In this document: piece after piece, positions 23,351 to 31,432 of the stretch
Layout: the number at the start of each line of letters is the position of its first letter
Position numbering within the stretch: the first letter of the stretch is position 1
From: a bacterium
GTDB lineage: Bacteria > Desulfobacterota > DSWW01
Assembly: GCA_040756235.1 (NCBI GenBank)
Contig: JBFLZG010000146.1
Span: 1 to 37,895 of the forward strand
Direction of reading: 5' to 3'
Length of the DNA stretch: 37,895 nt
Translations under genes and position numbers: made by a program
The notes under the pieces: generated by a model
What the model was told of the DNA's origin: nothing
What the model saw: only the letters and a program-made list of their open reading frames with translations
The model's database searches: none

Positions 23351-24655
23351 ATGAGAGTAGCCACGCCTCTGGTAGCATCCCTGCTCGCCATGGGGTTATC
23401 CGCGTGCCCAGGGGCTCTGGTCTTTGCCGACGTGGCTCCCGGCGATGTGGTCGACAAGACGAACTGGCAGAAACTCGAGGGACTGGTCCCGCAACCGGTC
23501 CTGAACTGGATCAAGAAGGGTGACGTCGTTCAAATAGGCGAGCTATCTTACGATCCTGCCGAGTTTCTCCCCCCGGCAGCACTCGAGTCATTGAAAACCA
23601 ATGTTGAGAAGTACGAAATCGGTGATGGGGGAGTGATCATCGAGAGGAGCACCAAGGACGGGCTGGCTTATATCCTGGGGCTCCCCTTCCCGCATATTGA
23701 CATCAACGATCCGAAGGCCGGCGAGAAGGTGATGCAGAACAAATGTTATTACACCTATTCCATGGGCAACATGGAGGACTCCTTTCAGCTCATCTGGATT
23801 GGCCGCAGCACGGGCCAGGAGCGGCAGCTTGATTGTCAATATCGCACGTACGTGATGGAGGGCGACCCCGGCCACCAGGGAGAGGCCAACCCGGAGAATA
23901 TCGAGATGTATTCAATCATTCGCATTCTGGCGCCCTTCGATATCGCCGGTACCAACGTCCTGCTCTGGCGCTACCGGGACGAGCGCCAGGATAGTACCTT
24001 CACGTACGTGCCTTCGATCCGCCGAGTTCGGCGCATGAGCCCTGCCAACCGGTCGGATGCATTCGTCGGATCCGACTTCTGCGTGGATGACGCTTGGGGC
24101 TATGCCGGCAAGGTGAGCGCGTTCGAATGGAAGGTCCTCAAGAAGGAAGATCAAGTCGTTCCGTTCTACCCCAAGGATCCGCTTCCGCTCGAGAAGCAGT
24201 CGGATGGATCATGGAGAACCGTGAACCCAGGCAAGCAGTACCAGCCCATCTTGGGCCTCGAGAAGGAAGGCTATCCTGGGGCCCCCTGGTTCTCCACGAA
24301 TCTCGTATGGGTGAAGAGGCCGACATATGTACTGGAGTGCAAGGCCAAGGACCCCTATTACAATTATGGAGTCCAGTACCTCTGGCTGGATGCGGACTAC
24401 TATCAGCCTTTCTGGAAGGTCATCCATGACCGTTCCGGCGCCTATTGGAAGGTCGAGTGGCAGTCCGGGTGCGGTTATGAGAGCGCGGACAAGAAGGTGC
24501 GCCTCATGGACCTCTCCTGCTTGGTCGCCGTCGACGACCGCAACGAACATGCCTGCTTCATCTACCTCGTCCACCCGAAGAACCAAGTGGACTTCTGGGA
24601 CGTCCAGGACCGGAACGACTACTCTCTGGCCGGCTTCCAGAAGCTTTGCAAGTAG
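23351..24655 (+). CDS. DUF1329 family exported protein (LolA-like / outer-membrane lipoprotein-sorting fold)
   Basis: Signal peptide; GLPFP...DPKAG.K..N, P.D.AG, YVPSIRRVRRMS...RSD...GSDF..DD, KDPYYNY. Confidence 0.8.
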   Translation: MRVATPLVASLLAMGLSACPGALVFADVAPGDVVDKTNWQKLEGLVPQPVLNWIKKGDVVQIGELSYDPAEFLPPAALESLKTNVEKYEIGDGGVIIERSTKDGLAYILGLPFPHIDINDPKAGEKVMQNKCYYTYSMGNMEDSFQLIWIGRSTGQERQLDCQYRTYVMEGDPGHQGEANPENIEMYSIIRILAPFDIAGTNVLLWRYRDERQDSTFTYVPSIRRVRRMSPANRSDAFVGSDFCVDDAWGYAGKVSAFEWKVLKKEDQVVPFYPKDPLPLEKQSDGSWRTVNPGKQYQPILGLEKEGYPGAPWFSTNLVWVKRPTYVLECKAKDPYYNYGVQYLWLDADYYQPFWKVIHDRSGAYWKVEWQSGCGYESADKKVRLMDLSCLVAVDDRNEHACFIYLVHPKNQVDFWDVQDRNDYSLAGFQKLCK

Positions 24656-24670
24656 AGAGGGAGAAGCGCC

Positions 24671-26487
24671 ATGTTGTCAGCCGAGGCACTAAGAGAGGCG
24701 GCCGAGCGCAGGGCCATGATCGACGTGCTGATGGCAAAGGAGGGGTCCGCCGACTTGGTCCTGAAGAACGGCAAGGTGGTCAACGTCCTCACCAGAGAGG
24801 TCTATCGGGCCGACGTCGCCTGAAGGGTCGGTACATCCTCAAGGTTGGCAATGCCGATGATGTCATAGGAGCGGGCACCCGAGTGGTCGACCTTGAGGGC
24901 AGGCACTATGTGACGCCGGGGTTCATCGATTCGCACATGCATTTCGAGAGTGCGATGCTCACTGCCACTGAGTTTTCGAAGCTGTCGATTCCGACGGGGA
25001 CTACGACCCTGATCTGCGACCCGCACGAAATCGGCAACGTGCTCGGCCCCCCGGGGATCAAGGCCATGGCGGAGGAATGCGCCCTCCTGCCCAACCACGT
25101 GTATCTCAGGGTTCCCGCGCTGACTCCCGACTCGCCGGGGCTCGAGACGGCCGGATACAGCATCAGCTCGAAGGACATAGCCGAAATGCTCGGCTACAAG
25201 TGCGTTGACGGGATCGGAGAGATCCAGGGAGTCACGGCGCCGCAGTTCGTCTATAGGTTCACGCCGGAAGTTTTCAGCGACACGATCGCCTCCGCGATGT
25301 ACGCCAGGAGCATCGGAAAGAGGGTCGACGGAAACGCGGCCGGGCTCTTGGGGAACGAGCTTGCTGCACACATCATCGCCGGAGGCGGCGAGATATCGTG
25401 CCACGAAACCACGACGAAGGAAGAGGCGATCGAAAAGCTCCGGTTCGGAGTGTACGTCCTCATGCGGGAAGGATCGACACAGCGAAACATGAGCGCGTGC
25501 ATCAAGGCGGTGACCGTAGACCGTCTGGACTCCCGGCACCTCATATGCGCGACCGACGACATGCTGGCTGAGGATATCGAAAAACACGGACACATGGACG
25601 AGGTCATCCGGAGGGTGATCGAGGAAGGGGTAAGCCCTGTCGAGGCGATCCAGATGGCAACCATCAACGCGGCGGCGTGGCACGGCCTTTCCGGCGTCGG
25701 GTGCCTCGCCCCCTCGAAGCTGGCGGATATCGTCGTCCTCCATGACCTCGAGAGCGTCCAGGTCAAATCCGTTTACCTCGAGGGGAGGCACGTGGCGGAG
25801 GACAAGGAGCTCCTCGTACCGCTGCCATCTTACGTGTACCCCGTTTCGGTGAAAAGGAGCGTGCGTCGCGGCCCCGTGGCTTCAGACGAACTGAAGGTGA
25901 CGGCCTTGGGGTCGTTGGCCGCGGTGCGCGCCATCGAGCTCATCGAGTTCCAGAACCTCACCGGGCAGAAAACCTTCATGCTTCCGGTCGAGCAGGGGTT
26001 CGTTCAGCCTTCGGTCGAGCACGACGTTCTCCCGCTTGCGGTGGTCGGCAGGCACAGTCGCCAGGCGTCGATCGGCCGCGCCTTCGTCACCGGATTCAAG
26101 CTGAAGGCCGGAGCGATGGCGGAGAGCGTATCCCACGACGCGCACAACATCATCGCAGCGGGAGCGAATTACGAGGACATGAAGGCCGCGATAAACCGGG
26201 TGATCGAGATGCAGGGCGGGCTGGCCATAGCGAAAGACGGCAGGGTGATCGGGGAGCTTGCTCTCCCGGTGGCCGGCCTGATGACCGACGAGATCTCGGG
26301 CAGGGAGCTCTCGCGGAAGATGGAGGCGCTGACAAGGCTCGCGGCAGAAGAGCTGGGGACGAAGGTGCGGGGGCCCTTCATGCACCTTTCCTTCCTGTCG
26401 CTTACCACGAGTCCCACCTGGAAGATCACGGACAGGGGACTGATCGATGTGAGTAACCACACCATTCTCTCACCGGTGGTGCAATAG
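24671..26487 (+). pseudogene. ade: Adenine deaminase-like amidohydrolase with an apparent 1-nt deletion after codon 50
   Basis: ATG 24671 reads MLSAE...ADLVLKNGKVVNVLTREVYRADVA then TGA (24821-24823). The homologous sequence continues in the -1 frame: KGRYI..PGFIDSHMHFES, DPHEIGNV, CHE, REGS, TDD, SHDAHN, LPVAGLM, KITDRGL. Confidence 0.85.
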
Positions 26488-26506
26488 AAGGAGGCAGGAG
26501 TAGAAA

Positions 26507-27409
26507 GTGGACGGAATCATCCAAGCGGTACCGAACTTCAGCGAGGGGAAGGACAGCACGGTTTACGAGAGAATCATCGACATCTTCCGGAAAGCGGATG
26601 GGGTGAAGCTCATCGACTACTTCCCCGATGTCGACTTCAACCGCACGGTGGTCACGGTCCTGGGAAGGCCGGGGCCTCTCAAAGAGGCACTCCTGAAGAT
26701 GACGGAGCTATCCGTCACGCTCATCGATATGCGGCGCCAGACCGGGGCTCACCCGCGCATTGGGGCACTCGATACGATTCCCGTCCTTCCCCTGAAAGGG
26801 ATCACCCTTGAGGAGTGCAGGGACCTGGCAGAGCAGATCGGGCATGAGATCTTCAAACGGTTCAAGGTACCGGTTTATTTTTCGGGCGCGAACGCCCGGA
26901 AGCCTGAAAGAAGGGATCTCGACCACATAAGACGGGGCGGCTTCGAGGCCCTCCTGCAGGTGGCACATACCCCGGAGCGGAGCCCCGATATCGGCCCGCC
27001 GGCGCTCCATCCCAGCGCAGGGGCCGTGATCGTGAGCGCAGGCACTCAACCGCTCGTGGCGTACAACGTCATGCTGGGAACGGACGATCTGGAAGTCGCG
27101 AAAAAGATCGCGAAGATCGTGCGCGGCCCAACGGGGGGCTTCGTCTCGATTCGCGCAATAGGGATGATCTACCAGGAACAAAAGCGGGCGTGCGTTTCGA
27201 TGAACGTCTTTGACCACAGAGCGACTCCTCTTTACCGGCTCTTCGAGCTCGTCAGGTTCGAAGCCGCCCGCTACAACGTTCCGGTCGTGGCCAGTCAGCT
27301 CGTCGGGGTCGTTCCGTCGAGCGTTCTGCTGGACTCGGTGTGCCACTACTTGAAGCTCGACGACTTCAAACGGGAGCAGATCCTTGAGGAGCATTTGCAC
27401 GATCTGTGA
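26507..27409 (+). CDS. ftcD: Glutamate formimidoyltransferase-like protein (standalone FT domain)
   Basis: VPNFSEG, D.D.NRTV, IDMR.Q.G.HPRIGALD..P..P, HPSAGA, LVAYNV, VSMN.......PLYR.FE.VR.EA.RY. Confidence 0.88.
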   Translation: MDGIIQAVPNFSEGKDSTVYERIIDIFRKADGVKLIDYFPDVDFNRTVVTVLGRPGPLKEALLKMTELSVTLIDMRRQTGAHPRIGALDTIPVLPLKGITLEECRDLAEQIGHEIFKRFKVPVYFSGANARKPERRDLDHIRRGGFEALLQVAHTPERSPDIGPPALHPSAGAVIVSAGTQPLVAYNVMLGTDDLEVAKKIAKIVRGPTGGFVSIRAIGMIYQEQKRACVSMNVFDHRATPLYRLFELVRFEAARYNVPVVASQLVGVVPSSVLLDSVCHYLKLDDFKREQILEEHLHDL

Positions 27410-27466
27410 GTCAGCCGCTCGACAGGGAGCAACTATCGACAAGATCGGTTCAGGAGGGGCCACACA

Positions 27467-28858
27467 ATGAGCACCGGAGTCATCGACCTTTCGATGGAGA
27501 TCTACGAGAGGATGCCGATCTACCCCATTCATCAGAAAGCCTTCTGTTTCGTCAATCAGACCCACGAGGAGAGCAGGAAGGCGAGCGGCGCCAAGGAGGT
27601 GGGATTCGAGGCCCACAACTGGCTCATCAGCGAACACTGCGGAACCCACTGCGACTCGGTCTACGAGTACGATCCGAGCGGCCCGTCGATCGAGAAAATG
27701 GCCCTCGAGTACTTCTACGGTTCGGCACTCTGCCTCGACGTGTCGCACGTGAAATACCCGGATTGGATCACCTCGGAGGTGCTCAGAAGAGCGCTTGCGA
27801 AGTCCGGGCTCGACATACGTGGAGGCGACATCGTGCTTCTGCACACCGGCCACTACGCGCGCACTCACGACACCCCGCAATACGTGGTCGATTACACCGG
27901 CCTGACTGAAGAGGCTGCAGAATGGCTTGCGAAGCAGGGGGTGGTGAATATTGGCGTGGATACCCCCTCGATCGACCACACGGACGACCCGGAATTCGTC
28001 GGTCACAAGATCTGCGGGAAATACCGGATGTCAAACACGGAGAACCTCGCAAACCTGGATAAGGTGATGGGGAAGCGGTTCACCTACTACGGTCTTCCGC
28101 TCAAGTTCAGGAAGGGGTCCGGGTCTCCTATACGGGCAGTCGCCTTGATGCAAGAGGGGCAGGAGAGACCGGAAGAGTCCGGGGGTCCCGAGCACGACCG
28201 GGGTCTTGCAGACGAGAAGGAAGGAGTGCTCGCAGGGATGACGGTTCGCGAGTTTCTCGACGAAGTGTCCTCGAGCTCCCCGGCGCCGGGAGGAGGGAGC
28301 GTCGCTGCCCTGGCAGGCGCGGCGGGAGCAGCCCTGGTCTCGATGGTTGCGAACCTGACCATCGGGAAAATGAAATATGCGCAGTACGAGGTGGAGATGA
28401 AGAGGTTGGCAAACGACTCGGAGAAGCTGAAAAGTACATTGACCCGCTCCGCCGCCACGGATACGGCAGCATTTCAGGACCTGATGTCTGCCTATGCGCT
28501 GAAGAAGACGGACGCTGAATCAGCCGCCTTGAGGGAGCAGGCGATCCAGGGCTCCCTCAGGGGGGCGGTCAACGTTCCTTTGTCGGTCGCCGAGGGGTGT
28601 GTGGCTCTGCTCCGTCTCGCTGGGCAGGCTGCCGAAAAAGGCAACGCAGGTTCGGTCAGTGATGCGGGCGTGGCCGTCCTCATGGCAGAGGCTGGGCTGA
28701 AGGGTGCCCTCATGAACATCAGGATCAACCTTCGCTCGATCGAGGACTCGGTCTACAGGAGAGAAGTCCTCGAAACAGTAGCTCGATTGAATAAAGAAGG
28801 AGAAGAGTTGGAAGCAGAAGCGCTGGCGGCAGTCGAATTCAAATTGGAGCAGAGGTAG
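27467..28858 (+). CDS. Fusion of a cyclase-family (kynurenine formamidase-like) hydrolase and an FTCD_C formiminoTHF cyclodeaminase/cyclohydrolase domain
   Basis: N-part VIDLS, EHCGTHCD (HxGTHxD), G.DTPSID, H, ENL.NL, GSPIRAVA; about 25-aa charged linker; C-part FLDEVSS.SPAPGGGSVAAL.GA, MVANLTIGK, SDAGVA, GA.MNI.INL. Confidence 0.85.
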   Translation: MSTGVIDLSMEIYERMPIYPIHQKAFCFVNQTHEESRKASGAKEVGFEAHNWLISEHCGTHCDSVYEYDPSGPSIEKMALEYFYGSALCLDVSHVKYPDWITSEVLRRALAKSGLDIRGGDIVLLHTGHYARTHDTPQYVVDYTGLTEEAAEWLAKQGVVNIGVDTPSIDHTDDPEFVGHKICGKYRMSNTENLANLDKVMGKRFTYYGLPLKFRKGSGSPIRAVALMQEGQERPEESGGPEHDRGLADEKEGVLAGMTVREFLDEVSSSSPAPGGGSVAALAGAAGAALVSMVANLTIGKMKYAQYEVEMKRLANDSEKLKSTLTRSAATDTAAFQDLMSAYALKKTDAESAALREQAIQGSLRGAVNVPLSVAEGCVALLRLAGQAAEKGNAGSVSDAGVAVLMAEAGLKGALMNIRINLRSIEDSVYRREVLETVARLNKEGEELEAEALAAVEFKLEQR

Positions 28859-28907
28859 AGGGGACCGGCGGAGACAAACTTGAGAACCTTGAAGAAGTCT
28901 TCTGTCG

Positions 28908-29111
28908 ATGAAGAACATCCTGCGCAACATGCTGGGATTTGACAAGTAGATTTGGATCTGGGCCCTGAACAAGATCAGCACCTTCTTCATCTCGGACCAG
29001 TACTTCGGTCTCCCAGTGGAGCTGCGGGAGTTCAGGGTGGACCAGATGGGCGGGCTGAGCAAGGAGGATATGCGGTTTCGGGTGTTTTCGCAAACCTTGG
29101 GAAACGGGTGA
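28908..29111 (+). pseudogene. Unassigned gene remnant with an internal TAG
   Basis: Coding-like codon usage: MKNILRNMLGFDK*IWIWALNKISTFFISDQYFGLPVELREFRVDQMGG...; family not recognised. Confidence 0.3.
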
Positions 29112-29324
29112 GGCCGGATGTCCACGGATATCCGTGCGCCCAGTGGAAGTTGCAGGGCACCCTATTCCAGGATCTATCCTCTCTGTTAACCACCGGGTCA
29201 GCGGTTCCACTCTCGCCCGCTCTCTGTTTTGAAGAGGGTTGGCCTCGGCACCAAAACCAACTCTCGGATTCTCGCCCCGAAAGCCGCAAAACTCTCTGCC
29301 TCTCTCTGTCAGGCCGCCTTCTGG

Positions 29325-29370
29325 TTAACAACGTGTTGGTTCTGGGCACCCAAAACGGACAGTTTCATAA
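29325..29370. repeat. 46-bp dyad-symmetric site R1 (centre CA at 29347-29348)
   Basis: TTAACAACGTGTTGGTTCTGGG-CA-CCCAAAACGGACAGTTTCATAA; 10 nt after the stop of kinase HK1. Confidence 0.85.
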
Positions 29371-29380
29371 ATTTTTGCGC

Positions 29381-31018
29381 CTATCCCAACAAGGGCCAGA
29401 CGGCTCGGATCGTGGTGCCCCGGCCTTGTACGGACTCGATCGAAAGGGTCCCTCCCGAATGGTGAGCTCTTTCCTTCATGCTGATGAGCCCAAACCCTTT
29501 CCCTAAAGGACCATTCTGGGCTTTGGACACATCGAAGCCCTCCCCGTCGTCTTGGACGACGAGTTCGATGTTGCCGTCCGTCTTACCCAATCTGAGGCGC
29601 ACGGTGCCTGCTTGGCTGTGCTTGCCCGCGTTATTCATGGCTTCCTGAACAATTCGGAAGATTACGACTCTCAAGGAATCTGGCACGCCTTTTTCAGAAA
29701 TCTGAATCTCGTCAGAGACTCGAATTCGGGGGAATGTTACCTCATACTCGCGGCAGAACCATCGGATGGCTGCCAAGAGGCCGAGATCTTCTAGAACCGG
29801 AGGGTGCAAAGACGCCTGAAATCTTCGGGCTTCTTCTATGGAGTTCTGAATCGTGGGGATGATTTCCTGTAGGGGCTTGAGCTTCGCCTTGCCCTTCCTT
29901 TTCTCCGCCTCAAGAAGAGCTCCCTCGATCCTGTATTTGATCGCAGCCAATATTTGACCGATGCTGTCGTGGATCTCTTTCGCCAGATACCTTCTTTCTC
30001 CTTCAAGAGAGGCCAGGAGTTGGGAAGAGTGCTCCTCGTGAGCTTCCAGCAGCTCTCTTGTGCGCTCCTGGACCAATGCCTCGAGCTCGTCCCGGGACCT
30101 GCGGAGGTCCTCCTCCATCTTCTTACGCCCAGTGATGTCCATCCAGGTCGAAAGAATAGTCTCTTCACCGTCAATATTCACAATCTCTCCCGACACAAGC
30201 GTCTGGATCGCTTCACCCGACTTCCTAAAAGCCGTCTGCTCCCAATCCCTAAGGCGGCCCGTCTTCCGTAATGCAGAAACCCAGCGAAATCTGCCTTCTG
30301 GCGTCAATATATGCAGATCGAGACTGGAACGGCCTAACATTTCATTGCGCTTGTACCCGAGCATCTTCAAACAAGTCTCGTTTACATCCAAGTAAACTCC
30401 ATCTTTCAGCCGTGACAGGATGACGGCGGCGGGATTCATGGCGAAGGCCCTGGCGAACTTTTCCTCCGAGGCGCGCAGCGCCTCTTCGGCCCGCTTGCGC
30501 TCGGTGATGTCAATGTCCATCTCGAGGATCATAGGCGAACCGTCCACGTCGGTGAACGGGAAGTCATAGACGTCGATCACGCTTCCGTCGGGGCCGGTGA
30601 CTTCCCAGTGATGGGGCCTCTTCGTCTTCAACACGCCGTAAGATTCGCAGAAGTCGCATGGCGCGTTGCGCCCCCAACAGTATTCATAGCAGTGCCGGCC
30701 CTTGGATTCGCCGAACTTCTCGCGGAAGCTTCGGTTGGCAAAGGGCACGTGATAGTCCGGGGTCAACAGGCAGATCATGGTCGGCAGCGTCTCCAGCACG
30801 TCGAACAGGCGCTTGCGTTCGGCTTGCACCGCCTCGCCCACCTGAAGGTGCTCGTCTCCAGTCTGGGCTTCTGAGCCCTGAACAGTCCGCAGTCTTTCCC
30901 TCAAAGCCTCCGCCTCGCGGGAGGCGCGCTCGGCCTGCTCGCGAGCTTCTCGCAACTCCTCGCGCAAACGCCGGTTCTCTTTGAGGAGGTCCTTTTCGGT
31001 TCTGGGATGAACGTTCAC
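29381..31018 (-). CDS. Cytoplasmic PAS-PAS HisKA_3 sensor histidine kinase (HK1)
   Basis: N-terminal coiled coil, Cys-rich PAS (CYEYCWGRNAPCDFC), second PAS, ERRYLAKEIHDSIGQ, QEAMNNAGKHS, DDGEGF, GFGLISMKER; GAGGTG RBS before GTG 31018. Confidence 0.9.
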   Translation of the reverse strand: MNVHPRTEKDLLKENRRLREELREAREQAERASREAEALRERLRTVQGSEAQTGDEHLQVGEAVQAERKRLFDVLETLPTMICLLTPDYHVPFANRSFREKFGESKGRHCYEYCWGRNAPCDFCESYGVLKTKRPHHWEVTGPDGSVIDVYDFPFTDVDGSPMILEMDIDITERKRAEEALRASEEKFARAFAMNPAAVILSRLKDGVYLDVNETCLKMLGYKRNEMLGRSSLDLHILTPEGRFRWVSALRKTGRLRDWEQTAFRKSGEAIQTLVSGEIVNIDGEETILSTWMDITGRKKMEEDLRRSRDELEALVQERTRELLEAHEEHSSQLLASLEGERRYLAKEIHDSIGQILAAIKYRIEGALLEAEKRKGKAKLKPLQEIIPTIQNSIEEARRFQASLHPPVLEDLGLLAAIRWFCREYEVTFPRIRVSDEIQISEKGVPDSLRVVIFRIVQEAMNNAGKHSQAGTVRLRLGKTDGNIELVVQDDGEGFDVSKAQNGPLGKGFGLISMKERAHHSGGTLSIESVQGRGTTIRAVWPLLG

Positions 31019-31377
31019 GAGGCACCTCAGGTGTGGCCACTCGCACCTTTGGGAAGACGCCCGAGCCCCATCGATTCCGCATGGGAACATAAAATCTTAC
31101 CACGAAAACCAGTAACCCAATGTAAAATCCTCCCCCTTGCGGGAAGGCATCAGGCGCGGAGGCGGTATGGGGAGGTGGAAACGAAAAGTTCCTTCCTGGC
31201 ACGTCAAGTTCCGGGGTTCGCTGGCCGCAATTGGCCCCGGCGCACTGTCCAGGGACGCACGCATGGGGAAATACAGCCGGAGCGCGTCATCCCGTGCGGG
31301 TGGTCGGGCTCAATGGGGTGCGCATCGACGAGTCCCCGCTGAGGCTCTCTTCCTCTCTCTGTCCGGCCGCCTTCTGG

Positions 31378-31423
31378 TTAACAAGGTGTTGGTTCTGGGC
31401 ACCCAAAACCGGCCCTTTCATAA
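31378..31423. repeat. 46-bp dyad-symmetric site R2 (centre CA at 31400-31401)
   Basis: TTAACAAGGTGTTGGTTCTGGG-CA-CCCAAAACCGGCCCTTTCATAA; just after the stop of kinase HK2; similarity to R1 extends about 33 bp further left. Confidence 0.85.
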
Positions 31424-31432
31424 CTTCCGCCC

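Noticed and set aside
24821..24823. TGA in ade as selenocysteine or a programmed frameshift
   Set aside because: Homology continues in a different frame, so read-through would not help, and there is no slippery heptamer. A lost base (GCC GTG AAG) is simpler.
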